Shown here in pieces: positions 19,209-30,293 of a stretch of DNA of 48,356 nt. Positions within the stretch are counted from its first letter, which is position 1. Each line of letters opens with the position of its first letter. The notes below the pieces were generated by a model. It saw only the letters and a list, made by a program, of their open reading frames with translations, had not been told where the DNA came from and did no database searches. A program made the position numbers and the translations under genes. The stretch covers positions 1 to 48,356 of the forward strand of contig JBBTUG010000026.1 in assembly GCA_038063895.1 (NCBI GenBank), given 5' to 3'. The stretch comes from Patescibacteria group bacterium. GTDB lineage: Bacteria > Patescibacteriota > WWE3 > JAMCXX01 > JBBTUG01.

Positions 19209-21050
19209 ATGAAATTAGTTCACTATTTGAAAGAATTTCCAACGAGCCACAAAAAGTTGTCTTTATTCATAGGGATAGCCTCGCTATCTATTTTGCTCTT
19301 TAATTATTATCTGGTTCAACCGACATTGTTTCTTTACGGCAAAAGCAAAACGCTCCAACGCGACCTCCGGCCGGTTCTTTCGGCCCTAAAAAGGAGGGAC
19401 ATCGAAACTTTAAACTTTGAGCTGAAATATTTCCGGCCCCAAGTAGAGGCGATTAAGAAGGCCTCTGTCAAAATCGGGGTTTTTGCTTCCCTACCCCTGG
19501 CGGGACCGTACGCCCGCGACCTTAAAAATACCGGGGAAGCGGCCTTGGAAGGCTATGATACCGTTATCCAGATGGCTTCCTTTATGGTACCACTACTGCC
19601 GGGAGTTACCTTTGAGGGCTGGCAGAAAAACTCTCTGACTAATTCGCAAACTCTAAAAGCCGGCGATGTGGCAAAGATTCTCCCCTCAGTTTCAACAGAA
19701 CTCGGAAAATATAAAACTAATCTTGAATCAATCAGCCGAAAACTTATGACTCTGGACGAAGCCCGTTACCCTGAGTATTTTCGCGGCCGCCCGGTGAGAA
19801 AATACATTGCGCAGCTTAGGACCGGATCGTCATTAATCAATAAGTACTTCGACGACTTAATCGGGACTTTAGCCCTGGTACCGGAACTTATCGGTACCAC
19901 CGGCCCGAAAAACTACTTAATAATTATCCAAAATGACAAAGAAATAAGGCCCTCCGGCGGTCTCTTAGGCGGCTACGCTTTCCTGTCCATGGACAATGGT
20001 AGCTTTCGCCTGGTTAAGTCCGGAGATATTTCTTTTTTAGATAAGGAAGTCAGATCTGACCGGCTCCCGGCCCCGGAATTCATTTCCCGATTCCTCGGCG
20101 AAAAGTCACTCTACATGAAGGACGCTAACTACTCGCCGGACTTTAAGAAATCGGCCAGTACTCTCCTTGAACTCTGGTCCAATACTCCCCAACCGGTAGC
20201 GTTGGAAGGGATTATTGTTCTGGATACCCAATTTTTAAAGACGCTAATAGATACCCTTGGAGAGATTAAACTCGATAACGGCGAGCTTATTAATTCCGGA
20301 AATATTGAAGCCACCTTCGACAGTTTCTTCCTCTTCATCGGAGACCAATCCGCCGAAAGCCGTAAATACAAAGACATAACCAGTGTTATCCTAAACGAGT
20401 TACTTAAGAAGTCATTCTCCTATAGCACCTATAATGCCAGCGGTCTCCTGCAAAAAGTCTTAAGCCTCGGGGCCGCGAAGCATATATTGATTTACTCGCC
20501 CAATGAAGGCCTGCAAAAACTTGTTGAAAAATATGGCCTTTCCGGTGCCCTAAAAGATTACGCCGGCGACTATCTGCTTATTAATGACGCCATTTTTTCG
20601 CCACAGCGCAGTAACTGGCGGGTAAGCCAGGAGGTCGAAAAAACGGTAAAGATTGAGGCGGATCAACTGGTAAATGAGCTGGGCATAGAATTTATGGCTA
20701 AGCCGGAACCCGGCTCGCCACCAGACGTTGGCAACTTACATTTCGTCCGTGTTTATGTACCCAAGGGATCAAAATTAATCGGGGCTGAGGGGACAACTGA
20801 GCCCGTTATCACCGGGGAGGACTTCAACAAAACGGTCTTTACGGCATTAGTTAAACTCGAACCTAACCAAAATAAAATGTTCACACTTAAGTACACCTCG
20901 CCAAAGCCGCAAACGCCCGAGGGGACTTACAGACTACTTATCCAAAAACAACCCGGCACTTACGACTTTAAGTACACTTTAAAAATTGAGGGAAAAACTG
21001 AGGATGTTATCCTCTCTGAGGATAAGACAATTGAAATCGAAACCCGTTAA
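19209..21050 (+). CDS. DUF4012-domain membrane-anchored protein
   Basis: N-terminal TM, YLIIIQNDKEIRPSGG, DANYSPDF, RVYVPKGSKL and LLIQKQPG. Confidence 0.8.
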   Translation: MKLVHYLKEFPTSHKKLSLFIGIASLSILLFNYYLVQPTLFLYGKSKTLQRDLRPVLSALKRRDIETLNFELKYFRPQVEAIKKASVKIGVFASLPLAGPYARDLKNTGEAALEGYDTVIQMASFMVPLLPGVTFEGWQKNSLTNSQTLKAGDVAKILPSVSTELGKYKTNLESISRKLMTLDEARYPEYFRGRPVRKYIAQLRTGSSLINKYFDDLIGTLALVPELIGTTGPKNYLIIIQNDKEIRPSGGLLGGYAFLSMDNGSFRLVKSGDISFLDKEVRSDRLPAPEFISRFLGEKSLYMKDANYSPDFKKSASTLLELWSNTPQPVALEGIIVLDTQFLKTLIDTLGEIKLDNGELINSGNIEATFDSFFLFIGDQSAESRKYKDITSVILNELLKKSFSYSTYNASGLLQKVLSLGAAKHILIYSPNEGLQKLVEKYGLSGALKDYAGDYLLINDAIFSPQRSNWRVSQEVEKTVKIEADQLVNELGIEFMAKPEPGSPPDVGNLHFVRVYVPKGSKLIGAEGTTEPVITGEDFNKTVFTALVKLEPNQNKMFTLKYTSPKPQTPEGTYRLLIQKQPGTYDFKYTLKIEGKTEDVILSEDKTIEIETR

Positions 21051-21054
21051 CTGA

Positions 21055-21774
21055 TTAAAAAAAGCGGTACTTTAAAAGAACTTTTATGGCAGTTAAGCCG
21101 TCCCGCCAGGTGATTTTTTTACCCTCCGAATATTCCCGTCCGTGATAGGAAATCGGAACCTCAAAGATTTTAATCCCCTTCCGAAGAATTTTCGCCGTTA
21201 CCTCCGGCTCAAACTCAAAGCGGTTAGCAGTCAGTGTTAAACCCTTAATCACGTCCGATCTGAAAACTTTATAGCCTGTTTCCATATCCGTTATGGGCAC
21301 GCCGTAAAGCAGGGCCGTGACCAAACTTAAAAACCTATTGCCCAGATAATAGAAAAAATGCCAGGAATAAAGATTTTTGTGTTGGCGTACCACCTGGGCC
21401 AAACCCCCGTCGCGGGCGAACCGGGAACCGTAAACCACCCTAGCTTGACCGGAAAGGATGGGTTCGATAAGCAGCGGATATTCCGAGGGGTCATACTCCA
21501 AGTCGGCGTCCTGAATTAAGATAATGTCTCCGGTTGCTTCCTTAAAACCGGTTCGCAGCGCCGCCCCTTTGCCCTTATTATTTTCGTGAAAGATAACCCA
21601 GTAACCTTTAGCCTTAAGGTCCTCGAGAATTAGACGGGTTCCGTCAACTGAGAAGTCGTCGACAATAATTATCTCTCTGTCCAAATTTTGGCTGGCGTCT
21701 TCCACCCGTTTAATAATCTCTTTAATTGTTTTTACCTCGTTATAAACGGGAAGAACGATGGATAGTTTCATCAC
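21055..21774 (-). CDS. GT2, DPM1-like polyprenyl-phosphate glycosyltransferase
   Basis: [52 protein letters not shown] and FEFEPE. Confidence 0.92.
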   Translation of the reverse strand: MMKLSIVLPVYNEVKTIKEIIKRVEDASQNLDREIIIVDDFSVDGTRLILEDLKAKGYWVIFHENNKGKGAALRTGFKEATGDIILIQDADLEYDPSEYPLLIEPILSGQARVVYGSRFARDGGLAQVVRQHKNLYSWHFFYYLGNRFLSLVTALLYGVPITDMETGYKVFRSDVIKGLTLTANRFEFEPEVTAKILRKGIKIFEVPISYHGREYSEGKKITWRDGLTAIKVLLKYRFF

Positions 21775-23981
21775 TTGGGTGTCAATTCGTAAGAAACAAG
21801 GAACTTCAGGTCGGGTATATTCTTTTCCTTTGTCGCTACGCCGATCTCGACCGAAATAAATGTCTCGGGAAAATCAATGGAGGCTGTTTTAGTTTCGGGA
21901 TTCCATTTAAAGTTCTGGGTGGAATAAAACATCTGTGAATCTTGCCCGGTTTCCGGAAGACCCTCAATTCTAACCTCGTAGTGGCCGCGCAGAAATACCC
22001 GGAACCACAAACTGTGGCACCACCGGCCGGCAGTGCGCCCGTAACCGCCAAAACCTTCCGGAACGGGAACCTCCTTTCCGGTGAGGACCTCGTACACACC
22101 GGGATTGGAATAACAGGGATAAAAAACGTAGGAATCAGGCAAATTTTTTAAGTTAAAGGTCAACGAGTACGGCGAGTACGCTTCGGAGAGGTCTTTGAAC
22201 GGAACTTCGTAGTCGAGACTGATCACTTTCGGAAAGTCCTTGAGATGAACTACAGCGAACTGCTGTTCGACCAGAGAATCTATCTCCGGGTTCCATGTTA
22301 GGCGTAAGTAATGCCAGGCAAAGTACTTTGTATAGTGCATATAATAAGAAAGTAAACTCGGAAAACGGTAGCTGATGTCCTGCGCGTATTTGCGGATGAA
22401 TGCCCGCTGGTTGCTATTAGTCACATCCACCGGGTCATTAGAATTATAGACGGCCCCGATATTCCAATAGGGCCAAAGAATATAACGGACGTTGCGGTAT
22501 TCCGACTCCGCCAATTTTTCCAAAGAAATATTCCCGACATTACTGGTGTAACCGGTAAACCAAGCTATCTCTGTTTTTGCCTGCTCAGCGGTCATTCCCT
22601 TCTCTTTAATAAGACGGTCGATGTTGCTGTAGGTAAGGCTAAAACCGCTCTTTTTCGGGTAGCCGGAGGCCATAAGATCGGTAAAGAGTAAGAAACGCAA
22701 TGACCAGGAGAATAAGAAAAGGAAGGAAAAAATTAGTAATAAGCGGGAAAGACGGATACGTTTTCGTGAGAATATAATTACAATCAGACGCTCAATTAAC
22801 GGACTCAATAACATCATCCCGAATACGCCCAAAGGAACTCCCCACCGCGACCAATGGACCAAAGTTCGGGAAACGCCGATGTAATAAGACAAGAGTGAGA
22901 GAAAAACAATGAGCTCCGTCAACCGGTAAAGGTTCCCCTCTTTAATTAATTTAATTTCGAGCTGACTCTTTAAGCGGGAAAGAATATCGGATACGACGGC
23001 TTTCCGGCCAACTGAAAAGACGGCCAAAAAGAATGTCGCGGCTATCGCCAAAGCCTGGGTCAGCCCCAGATATTCCATGAAAAAATCGTAGATGTAAACT
23101 GCCCAACTGTTGTAGGACTGCGTCGGATACTCAAAATCAAACCCGACCCCGCGGACGGTGGCGTTCTTGAGCTGGTACCAAAAAGCTTTAGGATCGGTAA
23201 TCGGCCGGGGGATTAAAAAGACCCAAAGAAGAACCCCTATCGCTACAAGAGCCAGTGCGTGGAAAACGAAACGGTAGCTAAGCGGTAACGAGTAACTCTT
23301 ATCATCATCCCGACGGGAATACCAGACGTAGGGAACAACCGTATTAATAAAAAGCAGGGGGACAGCCATATACAACGCTTTCAGGTTGGTAAAACTCGCC
23401 AGAAAAACAAAAACCGAATCCAAGAATAAAAAACGCCACGGGGAGAGCCTCCGCCTGTGGAAAACAAAGGAGAGCAACATGTAGTTGAGAACGACAAAAA
23501 CAGACATTGAATCGGAATTAATCCGCATATACCGCTCAAAAATTCCCAAAGAACCGAAGTAAAGGACAGCGAAAATAAGGGTCCGTAACCGCAGCCGACG
23601 CTCCCCTTTCTGAACGATTAAAGCAGCAACTAAGAAATTAAGAAGCAGTAGGCCGAGACCGAAGAGCCGGCCGTAGTAATAGGTTACCGGCGACGGGTCG
23701 CCTTGCGGAAAGTTAACTCCGGTTTTGGTGAAAACGTTCATAAAAAGAAGGTACCCGGTTAAGACGTATTCTGTCAGCGCAACGTGGAGAAAGTTTTGCA
23801 GCTGTTTTCCGCCCATAATACTCCAGGCGTTGAGAAAGAACTGGTACTCATCGGGGTGGGGCAAAATATTGCCGATTACGGGGAAGGTAATAACCAGAAA
23901 TAGCCCAACAACGGCTAGTAGAAGCAGAGATAACAAAATATTAAAAAATGGCTGTTGAGTCTTATCTTCAAAATCGCTCAT
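21771..23981 (-). CDS. Polytopic GT-C-like membrane protein, paralog 1 of tandem pair
   Basis: PHPDE motif after TM1, about 10 TM segments and a soluble C-terminal domain. Colinear with the 744-aa neighbour. Confidence 0.7.
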   Translation of the reverse strand: MSDFEDKTQQPFFNILLSLLLLAVVGLFLVITFPVIGNILPHPDEYQFFLNAWSIMGGKQLQNFLHVALTEYVLTGYLLFMNVFTKTGVNFPQGDPSPVTYYYGRLFGLGLLLLNFLVAALIVQKGERRLRLRTLIFAVLYFGSLGIFERYMRINSDSMSVFVVLNYMLLSFVFHRRRLSPWRFLFLDSVFVFLASFTNLKALYMAVPLLFINTVVPYVWYSRRDDDKSYSLPLSYRFVFHALALVAIGVLLWVFLIPRPITDPKAFWYQLKNATVRGVGFDFEYPTQSYNSWAVYIYDFFMEYLGLTQALAIAATFFLAVFSVGRKAVVSDILSRLKSQLEIKLIKEGNLYRLTELIVFLSLLSYYIGVSRTLVHWSRWGVPLGVFGMMLLSPLIERLIVIIFSRKRIRLSRLLLIFSFLFLFSWSLRFLLFTDLMASGYPKKSGFSLTYSNIDRLIKEKGMTAEQAKTEIAWFTGYTSNVGNISLEKLAESEYRNVRYILWPYWNIGAVYNSNDPVDVTNSNQRAFIRKYAQDISYRFPSLLSYYMHYTKYFAWHYLRLTWNPEIDSLVEQQFAVVHLKDFPKVISLDYEVPFKDLSEAYSPYSLTFNLKNLPDSYVFYPCYSNPGVYEVLTGKEVPVPEGFGGYGRTAGRWCHSLWFRVFLRGHYEVRIEGLPETGQDSQMFYSTQNFKWNPETKTASIDFPETFISVEIGVATKEKNIPDLKFLVSYELTPK

Positions 23982-23986
23982 ATCTT

Positions 23987-26221
23987 TTACCTGGGTTTGG
24001 CGGAAGCACTTGCCTCCTCCGCCTTTGGGATAGATTCATAATAAACCCTAAACTTTAAAGAGGAAATGGACTTTTCCTTTGTTGCCACACCGAACTCAGC
24101 CGAAATTCGAGTATCCTCAACCGCCGTGGCCAAAGTTTTTGTACCCGGATCCCAAAGAAAAGGAAGAGTCGAATACACCAGCTGACTATCATCAAAGTCG
24201 TAGGGCAGACCCTCAATCCTTATATAGTAGTTTCCCCGCAGTAAAACCCGGAACCACAGGCTGTGGCAGTTGAGCCCAGCCGTTTTTCCGCCGATCCCAT
24301 TTAACGACAACTCCGGCGTCGGATAAATGTATTCGCCGGTATTTACTTTACGGACATCGGGATTAGTTGCGCACGTTGGAAAGATATAAGTATCGGGAAG
24401 ATTCTTATAATTGAAGGTCAGAGATTTCGGGGACTTGTAGGGGGATAGGTCGCTGTCGGAAACAGCGTAACCGAAGTTTATCGGGGTACCAACCGGCCGG
24501 AGTTTGACTACCCCGTATTGAGGCTCAATCAGGGAATCGAGTTCCGGGTTCCACGTTACGCCCAAGTAGTGCCAGGCAAAATATTTGGTGTAGTGCATAT
24601 AGCGGGCCAGAATCGTCGGAAAACGGAAACTGACGGACTCGGCATATTTATCAACAAACGCCCTTTGGTTACTGGTAAATTTGTCGACATTATTTTCGGT
24701 GTATAACAGGCCGATATTCCAGTAGGGCCAAAGAAGATATTCTACCTGACTGCCCTCGGGATCGACCAGCTTTTCCAGCGAAATATTTCCCACATTATTG
24801 GTATAACCCGTAAACCAGGCGGCTTTATTCTTAGCGTCAGCCTTTGCGATATCCTTCTCTTCCAATAATTTATTAATGTCATTGTAAGTTTGGCGGTAAC
24901 CGCCGAGAACCGGGTAATTTGTAGCCGCAAGGTCTAAGAACAGGAAAATACGCAAAGTCCAAGCGATAATAAAAAGTGAGGGCAGAAGCATCGCAGGTTT
25001 AATTGAATAATTTTTAGTGCGGTCGGAAATATATATTAATACCTTTTCCAGTAGAACGCTAAGGAGCAGGAAACCCAAAACCCCCAAGGGAACTCCCCAC
25101 CGCGACCAATGGACGAGCGTTTTAGAAACCCCCAGATAGTAGGCAAGAATCAGAACAGTTATTAGAGGCAATGCGTGAGAATAGTAGTTCTCCTTGTTTA
25201 GGTATCGGAAAGCGAGGAATTTTCTTAGACCGGACAGGAGCTCCCGTTTTGCCTTTACACCTCTTAAATAGCCGGCGTAAATTAAAACTAGCCCGATGAC
25301 AAACAGCTGGCTAAGACCTAAATACTCTATAAAGAAATCGTAAAGATAAAATAGCCAACTTCGGTAAGATTGGCTGGGATATTCAAAATCATACCCGGTT
25401 CCGCGTACGGTCGCGTTCTTAATGTTGTACCAGAACGTCTTAGGATCCACCGGCTTGGGAATAAATAGGTACCAAAGAACAACGGTGCCGAGCGCAAGAC
25501 CGGCGATATAGCCGGCTACCCTGTAAACTCTAAATATAGCCGACTCATCCTCAGAATCCCGGCCGAAGTTTACAAACTGCCGCAAATAAAAATTGTAGGC
25601 GGTAACCGGCAGAATTAAATAAAGGGCCTTAAGGTTGGTGAAACTGCCTAGAAACACAAAGGCTAAATCGAGAAGAAAAAAACGGGCAACGGAATAATTC
25701 TTTTGCTGAAAACGCAGCGAAAGAAAGAGATAGTTTAAAGCGACAAAGACAGACATCGAATCGGAATTAACCCTTAAGAACCGTTCGAAAACCCCGATGG
25801 AACCGAAGTACAAAACCGAAAAAATTAGTGTCCTCACGCGGACGCGGGATTTTCCTTCCTGGAGGACAAAAGCGCCTAAGATAAAGGTTGCCAGATAAAG
25901 AATCAGCCCGAACACTCGTCCGAAAAAATACGTTACCAACGACGGCTCTCCCTGTGGAAAGTTAACCCCGGAGGGAGTTAGGATATTTGCGAGGAGTAAG
26001 AATCCGGTCAATAAATACTCGGTTAAGGCGACGTGGAGAAAATTTTGCAGCTGCTTTCCGCCCATAATACTCCAGGCGTTAAGAAAGAATTGGTGCTCAT
26101 CAGGATGGGGAGTGATGTTGGAAAGGACGGGAACGGTAAGAAAAACGGCGAGAAAAACAACTCCTCCCAGCATTAGGAGCCTTAATAAATTAGGCTTGTC
26201 TTCCGGCAAAACTGTTAACAT
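23987..26221 (-). CDS. Polytopic GT-C-like membrane protein, paralog 2 of tandem pair
   Basis: [51 protein letters not shown] and AWFTGYT blocks match paralog 1. Confidence 0.7.
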   Translation of the reverse strand: MLTVLPEDKPNLLRLLMLGGVVFLAVFLTVPVLSNITPHPDEHQFFLNAWSIMGGKQLQNFLHVALTEYLLTGFLLLANILTPSGVNFPQGEPSLVTYFFGRVFGLILYLATFILGAFVLQEGKSRVRVRTLIFSVLYFGSIGVFERFLRVNSDSMSVFVALNYLFLSLRFQQKNYSVARFFLLDLAFVFLGSFTNLKALYLILPVTAYNFYLRQFVNFGRDSEDESAIFRVYRVAGYIAGLALGTVVLWYLFIPKPVDPKTFWYNIKNATVRGTGYDFEYPSQSYRSWLFYLYDFFIEYLGLSQLFVIGLVLIYAGYLRGVKAKRELLSGLRKFLAFRYLNKENYYSHALPLITVLILAYYLGVSKTLVHWSRWGVPLGVLGFLLLSVLLEKVLIYISDRTKNYSIKPAMLLPSLFIIAWTLRIFLFLDLAATNYPVLGGYRQTYNDINKLLEEKDIAKADAKNKAAWFTGYTNNVGNISLEKLVDPEGSQVEYLLWPYWNIGLLYTENNVDKFTSNQRAFVDKYAESVSFRFPTILARYMHYTKYFAWHYLGVTWNPELDSLIEPQYGVVKLRPVGTPINFGYAVSDSDLSPYKSPKSLTFNYKNLPDTYIFPTCATNPDVRKVNTGEYIYPTPELSLNGIGGKTAGLNCHSLWFRVLLRGNYYIRIEGLPYDFDDSQLVYSTLPFLWDPGTKTLATAVEDTRISAEFGVATKEKSISSLKFRVYYESIPKAEEASASAKPR

Positions 26222-26248
26222 ATTACTTGTTTAGCGTTCAAATTAAAG

Positions 26249-28669
26249 CTACAATTTAGAATTTTTTTCTTTGGGCGGACGGCCGAGAACTATAAAAACC
26301 AGTGATAATATCAACGAAAGGGCGCTGATCGTTAGTCCAATAAAAAAGGCGCGGGGCTGGTAATAAAATTTTATTTCATGTTTTCCGGGAGGAACAGTCA
26401 CTCCCATAAAAGCCAGGTTGGTCCGGATGACTTCCCTATCTACCCCGTCTATTTGAACTTTCCAGTCAGGATAATAAGGCCAACTGGTGACTAAAAAACC
26501 GGTACTTCGGATATTTGCTGAGTAAATCTTTTCAGTATTTCTTTCCGCAATGGTTAGAAGACTTTCGGAGGCGGAGGCTACTGAAGGTCCAGTATCTCCC
26601 AAATTACTTACTAGGTTGGATGGATCGCTAAATACTAAGTTAGACTGCTGATTAAACACGAGAGCCGTTTCTTGTGGATTAAATTTTTGACTGGAGATAA
26701 GATACCTGGCCTCATCATCGTTGACCGAGAGTACCTTATCAACAAGAATGGGATATCGAAAATAGGACGTGTTCTCATACACTCGAATCTTCGTTCCCAA
26801 CGGAACGGGCTCCCATCCCCCAACGCCCAGGTGGAAGTAGTAAGGGAAATTAGTCCGATTAACTTCCTGCGTAAAAGCAAGTTTATAACCTTCCGAATTC
26901 ATATCGGTTTCCGTAACCGCGTATCTTAGGGCTGAAAGGGTATCAACAAGGCTATTGCGGGGGGCTAAAGACATAAGTTCATAAAAACTGAAAGTTATCT
27001 TATTGGTATAAACGAGGTAACCAACAATATGATTAATACCAAAGAGCCCCGACGCATAATTATGCGGCAGTGCCCTAACGTCCGACCGATAAAAACCGTT
27101 GTTGTTATCTTTGGTGATGAATTTAACAACCTCGTGGTTAGGAATCAGTTTTGTGGGATCGACCCCGATCAAGTTAATTGGATATTTTTCCGCAAAAAGA
27201 AATAGGTCAAAAAATAGTACGAGAAATACGACAACTTTAAAAACCCTCTTGCTCGATTCCAGCAGATAGAAGCAACAAAGGGAAAAAACAAATAACAATA
27301 CGAAGAGAACCAGTGCATTAAGCCCGTGGAAATAAGGCGTAGGCGGATTTTCCGGCTGCTTAAGCGACCACAAAAACTGATCGACCCGAAAGAATATTAT
27401 AAACGTAACTAACAAAATCAGCTTAAATAAACCGAGCAACCATTCCTTATATTTTATTATTTTCTCTTTATGTTCCTGGTAATAGACGGTTATGTTTTCC
27501 AAACCGTACGCGGCGGTAACAGCTAAACCAAATTGGACTATGTATAAAGCCAGACGGTGCTCACTAAAAACCCGCATCACGGGGAAAAAAAGCAGGTAAA
27601 ATATACCAAAAATTGGGCTATCACCACCGAAGGAAAAGAGAAGAACAGTAACAGCCAAAAAAAAGAAAAATAGTTGAAGCTTGTGCCTTCTTTTATAGAA
27701 CGCTGGAATAATAAGGAGCCAAGTAAGTATCCCCACGTAGGTATAAGGAAGTGTCCCCTGATATAGATGCAGTACTTCTGTACCACCGTAGTTGGTTGCC
27801 GTCAGGTATGGAATAATAAAATCGAATACTTGCCACGGTTTTAGGTTTCCGGCAAAAGCTGATTGAGTAAAATTAAGGGTTGCGCGGTTAGAGATAAGAG
27901 GAACCTCTAAACCCGGTAAAACAACAACCGCAGAAATAAGAGCTGCGAAAATAAGCCCCAAGAAGGCGTAGATTCCCGATTTCCAAAAGCTTTTTATATC
28001 TCGGGAAAAAAAGACGAAAAGAAAATAATAAAAAAGTAACATGGAGTGATAAGTGATAGCGCTTGTCCAAGAAAACGTAATGACAGGCATGGCAAAAACT
28101 AAAGAAAAAATAGAAAGCCGGCGGAGATTAGGTTTTCTAATAAGATCATCGAAGGTAATTAAAACAAATGGTAGTAAGCTCATGCTGACCTGCAGAGCGG
28201 TTGTGTTGGCGAAAGCAATTAACCCACCATTTAGCATGTAGATTAACCCGCCAATAAAAGCGGAAAATCGGGAAAGATTAATCTTTCTTAGGAACAAATA
28301 GGTACCTATTCCGGCCAGAGAAAAATGGAATACCGTCGTCACCTCCATTAAAAGATAAATGGCCTGGTTTGATATCTTAAAAACGGTACTAATAAGGACA
28401 AGTAAACCAAACGGAGGATAAAAGACCATCGAATCCGGGCGGGTTAAAAGAGGAATGCCGAAAAACGTATGCGGATCCCAAAGTGGAATTATTCCCTCAC
28501 GAAGCTGGTAGATTATCGATGCAAGAGTATTAAAGGATAATATCGCGTCGTTGCCAAAAAATACGCGTTCGGGCACCGGTAATAAGTCCCTCCAAAAAAC
28601 AATAAACGGTAGGATGAGCAAAATCAGAGGGTATCTATTGCTACTTAGAAAGCATTTAAATTTTTTCAT
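26249..28669 (-). CDS. YfhO-family membrane glycosyltransferase (GT-C)
   Basis: G-IPLWDPHTFFGIP, FYPP, YVGI and C-terminal YYPDWKVQIDG..NLAFMGVTVPPGKHEIKFYYQP. ATG 28669 is the likely start. Confidence 0.85.
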   Translation of the reverse strand: MKKFKCFLSSNRYPLILLILPFIVFWRDLLPVPERVFFGNDAILSFNTLASIIYQLREGIIPLWDPHTFFGIPLLTRPDSMVFYPPFGLLVLISTVFKISNQAIYLLMEVTTVFHFSLAGIGTYLFLRKINLSRFSAFIGGLIYMLNGGLIAFANTTALQVSMSLLPFVLITFDDLIRKPNLRRLSIFSLVFAMPVITFSWTSAITYHSMLLFYYFLFVFFSRDIKSFWKSGIYAFLGLIFAALISAVVVLPGLEVPLISNRATLNFTQSAFAGNLKPWQVFDFIIPYLTATNYGGTEVLHLYQGTLPYTYVGILTWLLIIPAFYKRRHKLQLFFFFLAVTVLLFSFGGDSPIFGIFYLLFFPVMRVFSEHRLALYIVQFGLAVTAAYGLENITVYYQEHKEKIIKYKEWLLGLFKLILLVTFIIFFRVDQFLWSLKQPENPPTPYFHGLNALVLFVLLFVFSLCCFYLLESSKRVFKVVVFLVLFFDLFLFAEKYPINLIGVDPTKLIPNHEVVKFITKDNNNGFYRSDVRALPHNYASGLFGINHIVGYLVYTNKITFSFYELMSLAPRNSLVDTLSALRYAVTETDMNSEGYKLAFTQEVNRTNFPYYFHLGVGGWEPVPLGTKIRVYENTSYFRYPILVDKVLSVNDDEARYLISSQKFNPQETALVFNQQSNLVFSDPSNLVSNLGDTGPSVASASESLLTIAERNTEKIYSANIRSTGFLVTSWPYYPDWKVQIDGVDREVIRTNLAFMGVTVPPGKHEIKFYYQPRAFFIGLTISALSLILSLVFIVLGRPPKEKNSKL

Positions 28670-29369
28670 TATTACCGCTGACAAATTTTATACTACCGGG
28701 ACCGCAGTTGAAAAGGGTATCTATAACCGAAAGATGCGAGACAAAGTCCCCGTGAAGCTGGGGGTATATGGGATGGAGATACTCGTGAAAAATTAATTTT
28801 ATCCCGTTCTGTCTGAACTCCTCCGGGGAATAAAGAGTTTTACCCGCCGGCCCGTTAAGGTATGTTGTCGCCCCGTAGTACTTGCATAGATCCAGTACGT
28901 AGCTCTTTCCACCATGATTAGCAATAGAAACATCGGAGGCCATTTCCAATGGTGTGGATATCCCGAGATAACCTCGGACGGCTTTGATTAGACCAATAGA
29001 GAGCTGAATTAAGTAAGTTGGTTTTTCCGAATAAACCTTCTCCACAATATTATAAATTTCCCCAAAGAAAGGGGTATGCCGGTAGCTCTGGGAAATTGTT
29101 TTTAAGTGCTTTTCCGGCCAGTTAGTGGAGTAATCGATTTCCACATTTATTATTTTTGTTCCGAAGTTATGCTTCACCGGAACAGTGAGCCACTTTACTC
29201 CCGAGGGAGTTTTAATTCTGTTGCGCTGCTGCCACGACTGCCTGGAAAACTGGACATTATTTAGGATCACAAACAAATCGGACCTGGCCATCATGTCAAA
29301 CATACCCAACCATGGCAAGAATAGGGGTTGCAAAATAACCAGCGTTTTATTGGACAAAGGTGTGCTCAT
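28656..29369 (-). CDS. wbqC: WbqC-like protein
   Basis: LQPLFLPWLG..D, VQFSRQSWQQRNRI, WLTVPV, YLNGPAG, YPQ and SVIDTLFNCG. Confidence 0.9.
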   Translation of the reverse strand: MSTPLSNKTLVILQPLFLPWLGMFDMMARSDLFVILNNVQFSRQSWQQRNRIKTPSGVKWLTVPVKHNFGTKIINVEIDYSTNWPEKHLKTISQSYRHTPFFGEIYNIVEKVYSEKPTYLIQLSIGLIKAVRGYLGISTPLEMASDVSIANHGGKSYVLDLCKYYGATTYLNGPAGKTLYSPEEFRQNGIKLIFHEYLHPIYPQLHGDFVSHLSVIDTLFNCGPGSIKFVSGNNEKI

Positions 29370-29372
29370 AAA

Positions 29373-30281
29373 TCATCCGCTGTCGGCCCTAAACAATACT
29401 TCCAAACCCATGCTTAAAGAGTAGGCCGGGGTATAACCCAGCTCTTCTACTGCCCGGCTAATATCCAAATAAAATCGGCTATCCTGTCCAATTTCTTGAC
29501 TAATCTCGACTTTTCCTTTACCTACAACATTTACAATCCCGTTGGCAAGCTCTAGCATGCTCGTTTCCTGGCCTGATCCAATGTTATAAACGCCGCATTT
29601 TCCCTCTAAGCCGGCTTTAATTGTAACATCCGCGACATCATCAATATAAACGAAGTCCTGGCTCCTGCTTCCGGATCCAAAAACCGATAGAGTTCCTCCT
29701 TTTTTTGCGTTACCGAGAAATAGCGGGAGGACACTCCTTTGTGATTGACCAGGTCCATAGACTGAAGAATATCTTAAACTTACGCAGGAAAATGGGTGGG
29801 TACGACTAAGGCTACCGAGATATACTTCTCCCAACAGTTTACTTTCTCCATAAAAATTACGGGGGCATACTTCATTTTCGGAAACCGGCAGCTTTTCCGG
29901 ATATTCCGGATAGACCGAGGCGGAGGACGAAAAAACAAGTTTTCCTAGTTTGTGCTTCAAGCCTTCTTCGACTAAATTAATGGTACCAAGAGTATTAACG
30001 TTAAAACAATTGAACAGTTCCTCGACGTAGTTCTTAGAGTCGGCTTTAGGTATATAGGCAGCTAGGTGAAATATTAAATCAAACCGGTTATTTAAGAATA
30101 GTTTTTCTAAATCTTCTTTTTTTACAATATCTACACCTAAGATACCATTAACCTGATCACCGTTTTTAGATATTCCAATAACTGAATACCCTTGTTCCCT
30201 TAACTTCGCGTAAACGTGTTTCCCTATAAAGCCGGTTGCGCCGGTAACTAGTATTTTCATATTAGAGCTTGGATAAGCCAT
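29373..30281 (-). CDS. NAD-dependent epimerase/dehydratase (extended SDR)
   Basis: VTGATGFIG, FHLAA, FSSSASVY, YGESK and LRYSSVYGP. Confidence 0.92.
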   Translation of the reverse strand: MAYPSSNMKILVTGATGFIGKHVYAKLREQGYSVIGISKNGDQVNGILGVDIVKKEDLEKLFLNNRFDLIFHLAAYIPKADSKNYVEELFNCFNVNTLGTINLVEEGLKHKLGKLVFSSSASVYPEYPEKLPVSENEVCPRNFYGESKLLGEVYLGSLSRTHPFSCVSLRYSSVYGPGQSQRSVLPLFLGNAKKGGTLSVFGSGSRSQDFVYIDDVADVTIKAGLEGKCGVYNIGSGQETSMLELANGIVNVVGKGKVEISQEIGQDSRFYLDISRAVEELGYTPAYSLSMGLEVLFRADSG

Positions 30282-30293
30282 AAATAGCCGATG

